Positions 6,860 through 12,422 of a stretch of 12,542 nucleotides of DNA are shown here, piece after piece. The translations under genes and the position numbers were made by a program. Under the pieces are notes generated by a model. It saw only the letters and a program-made list of their open reading frames with translations. It made no database searches and had not been told where the DNA came from. The stretch spans positions 1-12,542 of IMG/VR virus record IMGVR_UViG_3300020202_000060. One strand, written 5' to 3'. Each line of letters starts with the position of its first letter. Positions within the stretch are counted from its first letter, which is position 1. This stretch comes from a virus.

Positions 6860-6884
6860 TCAGTAGGAAATCGTTCCCTACTGA
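6860..6884 (-). terminator. Stem-loop immediately after the stop of the 124-aa ORF
   Basis: TCAGTAGG (6860-6867) and CCTACTGA (6877-6884) form a perfect 8-bp stem with a 9-nt loop. On the minus strand an A/T-rich stretch TTAAAATCGATTATTATC follows. Confidence 0.45.
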
Positions 6885-7259
6885 TCAGCTTTTACTGGTT
6901 ACTGGCCAAAAGTCAGTAACATAGAGAACATCCTTTAGTCCAGAGCCTATTTTCTGCTTTAGGATATTACCCCAGTAGAACTTCTGTCCTACCCAGTTAT
7001 CCATTTCAGTATTACCTAACTTCTGCAAACAGAGTGTTGTCATTCTGTTAGCACTTGTCTTATTAGGATAGTAAATGCCTTGTGCCTCATTACTAAGCTT
7101 GATCAGTACAGCAAGTTTCTTGTTTTTCTCCCCACTTGGGTCCTGCTGTGTAGGATAAGCCTCGTATCTTGGTTTATCTATAACTTCAAAATGCCTCTCA
7201 CTTTCTGGCATGCTTACTATAAGCTCACCTGTGATAGCTAAGTTTTGTGATTGTACCAT
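6885..7259 (-). CDS. Hypothetical protein (124 aa); weak resemblance to OB-fold ssDNA-binding-like phage proteins
   Basis: Strong GGAGGTG upstream, and its ATG overlaps the upstream stop. The pattern KLAVLIKLSN...LGNTEMDNWVGQKFYWGNIL...VLYV loosely recalls DUF669-type proteins. Not verifiable here. Confidence 0.6.
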   Translation of the reverse strand: MVQSQNLAITGELIVSMPESERHFEVIDKPRYEAYPTQQDPSGEKNKKLAVLIKLSNEAQGIYYPNKTSANRMTTLCLQKLGNTEMDNWVGQKFYWGNILKQKIGSGLKDVLYVTDFWPVTSKS

Positions 7260-7459
7260 TATTTTGCACCTCCTTCTAATTGTGATGATTTTTGGGAAAC
7301 CTCTATTTTTCTACATTTTGCGCAATACCATAATAATCTGCTGGAATTAGGCGGTGTAGCCAATTCTATAATATTAGCCCAATCATGCTCACATTTCTTT
7401 TTCATTCTCTCTTTTATATCAAGCTTTATCATTTTACGAATTTTAACACCGCCTTGCAC
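7259..7459 (-). CDS. Small zinc-ribbon-like protein
   Basis: CEHDW...(21 aa)...CAKC gives a C-x-H / C-x-x-C metal-binding pair. The track start is GTG; an internal ATG (MIKLDIKERM...) may be the true start. Confidence 0.5.
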   Translation of the reverse strand: MQGGVKIRKMIKLDIKERMKKKCEHDWANIIELATPPNSSRLLWYCAKCRKIEVSQKSSQLEGGAK

Positions 7460-7558
7460 ATTCTTCTCTCTTTTTTTCCAGTATAAGGTAACTTCAACAG
7501 CTTCTTTGCTATTGATCTGACATAAGCAATCTCATACTTTTGTCTGCTAATGCGTTTT

Positions 7559-7786
7559 CTATCTTGTTTCATCGTCTTCTACACCCCCGACTACTCGCTC
7601 CATATTACCTACAACCTCAACAAGTCTTGTAACATGAAATCGTCCTGTCTGTCTCTGGTACTCGTCTATTGCATCAGATAGTCTAGTAGTGCGATATACT
7701 GGCAGCTCTCTCCTATCATCTTTCCAAGCTAAAGGAACGGGCATATACCTGCCATCTCTTTGCACTTGAACTTCGTATTCTTTCAT
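7559..7786 (-). CDS. Hypothetical protein (75 aa)
   Basis: AGGAG upstream, and its ATG overlaps the stop of the upstream 45-aa ORF (ATGA). Confidence 0.6.
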   Translation of the reverse strand: MKEYEVQVQRDGRYMPVPLAWKDDRRELPVYRTTRLSDAIDEYQRQTGRFHVTRLVEVVGNMERVVGGVEDDETR

Positions 7787-7920
7787 CTTAATGCTCCTAA
7801 GAAAGATAGTGTCAATGCTAAAGACGCAATTGTCAATACCAACATGTTAATAAGAAGAAAAAGAGTACCAAGATCAAGATCAGGATCATACATGTATTCT
7901 CGTATATGCCAATCCGTCAT
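7783..7920 (-). CDS. 45-aa single-pass membrane protein (not in the ORF track)
   Basis: MTDWHIREYMYDPDLDLGTLFLLINMLVLTIASLALTLSFLGALR. GGGGG sits 7 nt upstream of the ATG, and its stop overlaps the next ATG. Confidence 0.5.
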   Translation of the reverse strand: MTDWHIREYMYDPDLDLGTLFLLINMLVLTIASLALTLSFLGALR

Positions 7921-7952
7921 AGTAAACCCCCATTAGAAGAATAGAAGGAAAA

Positions 7953-7993
7953 CGCCCGAACCGGGAATCGGACCCGGGTCTCCTGCGCGACAG
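7953..7993 (-). other. 3' half of a tRNA-Asp(GUC) gene (anticodon loop to discriminator); candidate attP core
   Basis: The minus strand reads CTGTCGC (loop, anticodon GTC, T33, G37, C38) - GCAGG - AGAC (4-nt variable) - CCGGG TCCGATT CCCGG (T arm) - TTCGGGC - G73. The five bases 5' of the loop (GCCCC) do not pair with GCAGG, so the tRNA similarity stops at the anticodon loop. There is no 5' half and no CCA. Confidence 0.6.
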
Positions 7994-7999
7994 GGGGCA

Positions 8000-8161
8000 T
8001 CATAGATATCTCCCCGGAGCAAGCTTGCCCTTTTTGATTAGTCTTTCAACAATACACTTTGCTATCTCTTTTCTTGAACTATTATCTTCATCTCTTGCTA
8101 ATAGTTTCAAAGCTTTATTGACTTTTATTGGTATAGCAGTCTCCACCCTTACTTTTTTCAT
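8000..8161 (-). CDS. RHH (CopG/Arc/MetJ-like) transcription regulator, 53 aa (not in the ORF track)
   Basis: MKKVRVETAIPIKVNKALKLLARDEDNSSRKEIAKCIVERLIKKGKLAPGRYL shows a clear beta-strand/helix/helix pattern. It is divergent from the integrase, and a TATA box lies 22 nt upstream of its ATG. Confidence 0.7.
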   Translation of the reverse strand: MKKVRVETAIPIKVNKALKLLARDEDNSSRKEIAKCIVERLIKKGKLAPGRYL

Positions 8162-8182
8162 GTCACATTTAACAAAGTGATC

Positions 8183-8190
8183 TATTTAAA
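8183..8190 (-). promoter_or_regulatory. TATA box TTTAAATA (minus strand) for the RHH/leftward operon; leaderless geometry
   Basis: The 3' edge of the box is 22 nt from the ATG at 8161, and no SD lies between them. Confidence 0.55.
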
Positions 8191-8224
8191 TGTTGTGGTG
8201 ATCTACCGGTATGTTACCGTAACC

Positions 8225-8232
8225 TTTATATA
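8225..8232 (+). promoter_or_regulatory. TATA box TTTATATA for the integrase; leaderless geometry
   Basis: The 3' edge of the box is 22 nt from the ATG at 8254, and no SD lies between them. Confidence 0.55.
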
Positions 8233-8253
8233 GTCTCCCTCTAGTGAATTATT

Positions 8254-8901
8254 ATGAGTAAGAAAGCCAAGATTGAGAAAAGGCATCTAACTGCTCAAGA
8301 TATCGACGATATATGCAGGACTATACGCACAAGTCGCAGATATTTACCTAACAGAGCAGGAGAGTTTATGAGAGCAAGAGATCAGACAATAATTAAGTTA
8401 TGCAGTCTCTGTGCTCTACGCCCTAGTGAAGCATTGATGTTAAAATGGTCTGATATTGATTTTGATAATAAGCTGATTAATATAGAAGCAGGAACTAATA
8501 AAGAGAATCAGGGCAATAACGCCTTGCTTATTCCTCAAGCATTAGAGATATTATATGAGTATAAACAAGTCTATGATCAATATTTAGCAGCCGAGTTCTT
8601 ATTCCCCTCATTAGTTAGTTTCGAGCCATTAACATTATCTGCATTTGATAAGATATTTCTAAAGATTCAGAAAGAAGCAGGATTGTATAAGGTCCTATGG
8701 TATACTTCAGCAGGTCAACCAATATCATCACACACACCATATGATTTGAGAAAGCACGCTGGTACTAGGTTTTATAGGCATACAAGAGATCCATACAAGA
8801 CAATGAGATTCTTAAGACAAAAGAAGATGACTTCAATAATACCTTATTTACATAGTGAGATCACAGATATTTACACAGACGCAGCACTTGCTTTCTCTTA
8901 A
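8254..8901 (+). CDS. int: Tyrosine recombinase / integrase (short, 215 aa)
   Basis: Box I-like ALRPSEALMLKWSDIDF (Arg). Box II-like HTPYDLRKHAGTRFY (..LR.H). C-terminal IIPYLH supplies the candidate catalytic Tyr. It lies next to a tRNA-fragment attP candidate. Confidence 0.8.
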   Translation: MSKKAKIEKRHLTAQDIDDICRTIRTSRRYLPNRAGEFMRARDQTIIKLCSLCALRPSEALMLKWSDIDFDNKLINIEAGTNKENQGNNALLIPQALEILYEYKQVYDQYLAAEFLFPSLVSFEPLTLSAFDKIFLKIQKEAGLYKVLWYTSAGQPISSHTPYDLRKHAGTRFYRHTRDPYKTMRFLRQKKMTSIIPYLHSEITDIYTDAALAFS

Positions 8902-8934
8902 TGTGTGTGTGCGTGTGTGTGTGCGTGTGTGTGT
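8901..8934. repeat. 34-nt perfectly alternating purine-pyrimidine tract, (GT)n interrupted by two GC
   Basis: ATGTGTGTGTGCGTGTGTGTGTGCGTGTGTGTGT begins at the last base of the integrase stop codon. Confidence 0.9.
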
Positions 8935-9018
8935 CACATTTTTCCCCCCTAAGAACCCCCCTTTCCATGGGAAATATAAGCACCTTGTGCTATACCTATA
9001 TTTCCTATAGAACCTTAA

Positions 9019-9038
9019 CTTACCTACCCTTACCTACC
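9019..9038. repeat. Tandem 10-bp repeat CTTACCTACC x2 within a C-rich, G-poor stretch
   Basis: Read directly. Confidence 0.85.
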
Positions 9039-9054
9039 TTGTCTTACTACACTA

Positions 9055-9072
9055 ACACACACATACACACAC
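9055..9072. repeat. 18-nt alternating tract ACACACACATACACACAC, an imperfect inverted partner of the 8901-8934 (GT) tract
   Basis: Its reverse complement is GT-rich, and the two tracts bracket about 120 bp. Confidence 0.85.
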
Positions 9073-9211
9073 TCACTTGATCGGAGTTCAGATATTTACG
9101 TACACCTATGCAGTCCTTGCCTGCTAATGGGTTTTGTGTATATCACCGCTTCGTTCGCTTCGCTCACTCCGCTAACGTCCCCCCCCGTCGTAGCTTGAAA
9201 AGCTCGTATAG

Positions 9212-9238
9212 CTAAGTTAATACCTTGTATTAACTTAG
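9212..9238. repeat. Perfect 11-bp inverted repeat CTAAGTTAATA-ccttg-TATTAACTTAG
   Basis: Arms at 9212-9222 and 9228-9238 are exact reverse complements. Candidate operator or hairpin. Confidence 0.85.
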
Positions 9239-9426
9239 GATAGTAGCGTTCAACGTACGTACGTAGTGTAGTTAGCATAGTAATCTAAAGAACGAAGCCG
9301 TAAGGCTGAGTTAGTTAGTAGTAATAGCATAGTACGTATGTAGTGCAACACGTCAACGTGGGGCAATATAACGTCATTTAGAGCGATAGTTGAAGCGTTT
9401 GTACTTTTCTTGGGTTATCTCAGCAG

Positions 9427-9474
9427 AAAAATTTTTATTATTTTTTATTTTTAAAAAAAAGAAAAAAATATATA
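9427..9474 (+). promoter_or_regulatory. 48-nt block that is A/T apart from one G, ending in the TATA box AAATATATA (9466-9474)
   Basis: The box 3' edge is 22 nt from the ATG at 9496. The block could also act as a DNA-unwinding element. Confidence 0.55.
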
Positions 9475-9684
9475 GTGTATCATCTTTACTACCCTATGAG
9501 CTTAAGCGATAAGATTGAAATTTCCCTTTCAGATTCCTATAATAATCGACTAAAGGTTGAAGATGTTAAAGAAGCTGTAAATGAATTGAAAGAGAAAGTT
9601 AGTTTATTTGAAAACCTCAACGGTGGACAAATGGTTCTAAGATGGATAGACGAAATATTCGGAGATAAACTAAGTGGAAGTTGA
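9475..9684 (+). CDS. Small acidic hypothetical protein; true start probably the ATG at 9496 (62 aa)
   Basis: The track start at 9475 is a GTG inside the promoter. MSLSDKIEISL... begins at 9496 in leaderless geometry. It is the first gene of the terminase operon; a small-terminase role is only a positional guess. Confidence 0.6.
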   Translation: MYHLYYPMSLSDKIEISLSDSYNNRLKVEDVKEAVNELKEKVSLFENLNGGQMVLRWIDEIFGDKLSGS

Positions 9685-9859
9685 AGATTTAGGTATTAAG
9701 GTAGTCTCTAAGGATGAAGCCTTATGGACAGAAGTTAAGGAAGCAGCAGAGAAAGAACTAGAATCTATTGAAGATAACTATTTCAGAACAAAGACATTCC
9801 AAACAGCAATTAGGGAACTATGTATAAACAAACTTGCAGAGATTAGTAATGATAAGTGA
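9674..9859 (+). CDS. Small acidic helical hypothetical protein (61 aa)
   Basis: GTG start overlapping the upstream ORF, followed by a double stop TGATGA. No motif recognised. Confidence 0.5.
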   Translation: MEVEDLGIKVVSKDEALWTEVKEAAEKELESIEDNYFRTKTFQTAIRELCINKLAEISNDK

Positions 9860-9945
9860 TGACGAACATAGACAGACAATGCATTGTTTAGAAGTAGCAT
9901 TAAGACAAATTAATAGTGAAGTTAGTTGGATAAGGCAGTTACTAG

Positions 9946-11298
9946 TTGATTTCTTGGAGAAGAATGATAGTCCTAGATGATTGGCAAAAAGAAGTTTTGA
10001 GTTATGATAAAGATCTTCTATTGTGCACTGGCCGTAGAGTTGGTAAGACGTACATACTAGCGAGAAAGGCGTGCGAAGAGATGGTGAATAAACCCAATAC
10101 GCCAGTCATTGTTGTATCATTAACCGAAGATCAAGCGCAACTGATTATTTCTATGGCTCTTAATTACTTACAAGATCATTACCCGAAGATGATTGCAAAG
10201 GGGCAGAACAAACCAACACAGAAAACCATCACACTAACAAACAAGTCGAAGATGATATCGCGCCCTGTTGGAAATACTGGAGATGGAGCGAGAGGATTTG
10301 AAGGAGGAATCTTGATAGTGGATGAGGCTTCCAGAATGCCCCGTTCGTTTTGGATTGCTGGAAAGCCTGTACTGCTAACGACAAACGGACGCATATGGAT
10401 GGCATCAACACCGTTTGGAAAGCAGGGTTACTTCTGGGAGAGATTCGACGAAGCATATAACAAGAAGAGTCCTAGTGCGAGATTCAAAGTATTCTATATA
10501 TCAACAGAGGAAGTAATGAAGAACAGACCAATAAGTGATAGTTGGACGGAGGAACAGAGAGAGGGAGCATTGAGAATACTTGATGAAGATCGAAAGGAGA
10601 TGTCGGAGATCGAATACGGACAAGAGTATCTCGGATTGTTCCTAGACGAGTTAAGACAGTTCTTCCCTGATGAATTAATTGACAAGTGTTGTATACTACA
10701 GAGAAACCCTAATATGACGGGTGATAAGTTCTTAGGGGTTGACATTGCGAGAATGGGAGATGATGAGAGTACGTTTGAAGTTATTAACAAGCTAGATGGG
10801 AAATACTATCATGTAGAATCGCAGATAACAAAGAAGACATATACAACGCAGACAGAGCAGAAGATCATAGAGCTTGATAAGATGTGGAACTTTGTTAAGA
10901 TTGGAATTGACGCGGGGTCTGGATCGCTAGGAGTTGGCATATACGATCATCTGTTACAATCAAACATTAAGAGAAAAATTGAAGCTATGAACAACAGAGC
11001 AATAGCACAGGACAGAGATGGAAAGAAGAAAGTGACTTTACAGAAAGAAGATTACTATGATAACTTACGAGGTATGATGGAACGTGGAGAGATCAAGCTA
11101 TTAGATGATGATAATGTCAAGGCCAGTCTTAGATCTGTACAGTGGGAGTTTACTAATACAGAGGAAGATGTGCAAGAAGGAAAGATCTCTAAAGTGAGGA
11201 TATTTGGTAAGTATACCCACGTAGCCGAAGGTATAATCAGAGCTGCATGGCTTGCGAGAAAAGCGAAGAATTTAAATTTCCAGATATATTACGTATAA
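9946..11298 (+). CDS. terL: Terminase large subunit
   Basis: Walker A-like CTGRRVGKTY, Walker B ILIVDEAS, coupling motif MASTP, and nuclease-domain acidic motifs GVDIARMGDDESTF and IGIDAGSGS. The track start is TTG; the ATG at 9964 (MIVLDDWQKEVL) with GGAGA upstream is more likely. Confidence 0.85.
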   Translation: MISWRRMIVLDDWQKEVLSYDKDLLLCTGRRVGKTYILARKACEEMVNKPNTPVIVVSLTEDQAQLIISMALNYLQDHYPKMIAKGQNKPTQKTITLTNKSKMISRPVGNTGDGARGFEGGILIVDEASRMPRSFWIAGKPVLLTTNGRIWMASTPFGKQGYFWERFDEAYNKKSPSARFKVFYISTEEVMKNRPISDSWTEEQREGALRILDEDRKEMSEIEYGQEYLGLFLDELRQFFPDELIDKCCILQRNPNMTGDKFLGVDIARMGDDESTFEVINKLDGKYYHVESQITKKTYTTQTEQKIIELDKMWNFVKIGIDAGSGSLGVGIYDHLLQSNIKRKIEAMNNRAIAQDRDGKKKVTLQKEDYYDNLRGMMERGEIKLLDDDNVKASLRSVQWEFTNTEEDVQEGKISKVRIFGKYTHVAEGIIRAAWLARKAKNLNFQIYYV

Positions 11299-11299
11299 G

Positions 11300-11452
11300 A
11301 TGCCAGATAAGGTAACAATAGGAAATATTACTATAAGTCGTTCACTAACTTCAAACGGTGATGTAGTAGTATCGGAAGATAAATTTGCAGAAATCGTTGC
11401 ATTGGAAAAATTACGCGAGGAAATAATTAAACTACATCTAGGGGCCAAATGA
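11300..11452 (+). CDS. Hypothetical 50-aa protein (not in the ORF track)
   Basis: MPDKVTIGNITISRSLTSNGDVVVSEDKFAEIVALEKLREEIIKLHLGAK. It starts 2 nt after the terL stop, and its stop overlaps the next ATG (ATGA). Confidence 0.45.
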   Translation: MPDKVTIGNITISRSLTSNGDVVVSEDKFAEIVALEKLREEIIKLHLGAK

Positions 11453-11811
11453 GCTGGACGTTGTGCACAAGCGGAGCAGCAATAATTAAAGCAGGTACTG
11501 GTGCAAGTACAACTATTGTAGGATCGGGTGCTGCATTGGCTGAAATGAGCGACGAGGTAGAAGCATTTATTTGTGATGCACTAAGAGTTGACGTTGTAAC
11601 TAATTACGGATCGCTAACTAGTAATGGTAAGAAACTCCTTGGAAGATTAGCAGCATCTATGATTGCACAGGACATGGTAGATTATGATACAACTGGTTAC
11701 AATAGCGCAAGAGAGGCAGAACTAAAACTTGACAAACTAGAAAACGATATTTCCAAAGCTCTGAAGTTATTGGAAGATGATAAAGTTAAAGCATACTTGC
11801 AGGCGACTTAA
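11449..11811 (+). CDS. Hypothetical virion protein (120 aa), possible head-completion/adaptor protein by position
   Basis: Tightly coupled ORF between terminase and portal, with a helical C-terminus (REAELKLDKLENDISKALKLLEDDKVKAYL). The function is inferred from position only. Confidence 0.6.
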   Translation: MSWTLCTSGAAIIKAGTGASTTIVGSGAALAEMSDEVEAFICDALRVDVVTNYGSLTSNGKKLLGRLAASMIAQDMVDYDTTGYNSAREAELKLDKLENDISKALKLLEDDKVKAYLQAT

Positions 11812-12422
11812 TGGCACTCCAAACAAAGTTTAGGCGATCACCTGAAAAGGCCATAGCCTCTTATTCTTATTTTGATATTGCAGAAGGTAGCGGCTTAATT
11901 GAGTTTCTCCCATTTCTAACAACTAGTGATGGCAGTAATCTAAGCGGAGCCATGACAATTAATACAAGTGTATATGGTGCAAGTTCAGGGGCAGCAAACT
12001 TAACAGCAACTAACAAAGACTTTGATGTAGTTTTCAACTTACCTAAGATTATAGAGGGAAATGCATTTTGTATAACTCCGATAAGGATCCAAGGAACCGG
12101 AAACGGCAAGGTTTATGCAACTATTAAACACGTGGATTTAAACGGAGTTGAAACAACAATCGGAGCACAAGCTACATCCGAATCTGTGATTGGTGGCGGT
12201 GGCGGTGTTAGTGCTGATAAAAAAGTAATCACAAAGTTCACGATTGCAAGAAAGAAATTTAAGAAAGGAGAGAAGTTAAGACTTAATCTTTCAGGAGCTT
12301 CAAGCGGAAGTGTGGAGAAAGCAGATATTGGACTATCACCAGTTAATACTCAATTATCGACGGTATTTGCAACTAATGGGAGCAGATCAAGCCTATTTAT
12401 CCCATTCAGAAACGAGATATAA
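11811..12422 (+). CDS. Hypothetical beta-rich virion protein (203 aa)
   Basis: TAATG overlap with the upstream ORF. Ser/Thr/Gly/Asn-rich beta-type composition with a GGGGG linker. It ends inside the terminal repeat and is followed by the T5-containing tandem repeats. Confidence 0.6.
   Translation: MALQTKFRRSPEKAIASYSYFDIAEGSGLIEFLPFLTTSDGSNLSGAMTINTSVYGASSGAANLTATNKDFDVVFNLPKIIEGNAFCITPIRIQGTGNGKVYATIKHVDLNGVETTIGAQATSESVIGGGGGVSADKKVITKFTIARKKFKKGEKLRLNLSGASSGSVEKADIGLSPVNTQLSTVFATNGSRSSLFIPFRNEI

Larger units (their letters stand above)
1..12415. mobile_element. One complete genome unit of a small temperate head-tailed (HK97-type) virus, probably archaeal; circular or terminally redundant
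   Basis: Window ends are identical over 127 bp. The unit holds terminase, portal, capsid, fibre, integrase and an attP-like tRNA fragment, with tight overlapping gene packing (ATGA/TAATG junctions). Confidence 0.8.

Noticed and set aside
7251-7520. 89-aa plus-strand ORF
   Set aside because: It is antisense to the zinc-ribbon ORF inside a coherent minus-strand operon. The product is Phe/Ser/Leu-rich, as expected from the antisense of A-rich coding sequence. No SD or TATA.
8901-9072. GT/AC microsatellites as eukaryotic contamination or a chimeric join
   Set aside because: The tract starts at the integrase stop codon, and the flanks continue into a region that closes a coherent circular gene map. 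This cannot be fully excluded without reads.
9096-9278. 60-aa minus-strand ORF in the large non-coding region
   Set aside because: It spans the tandem repeats, the C8 run and the 11-bp palindrome, has no SD or TATA at the right distance, and is isolated from any operon. More likely a chance open frame.
9879-9980. 33-aa ORF overlapping the terL start
   Set aside because: It is too short, has no motif, and overlaps the likely terL ATG at 9964. It could be real but is unsupported.
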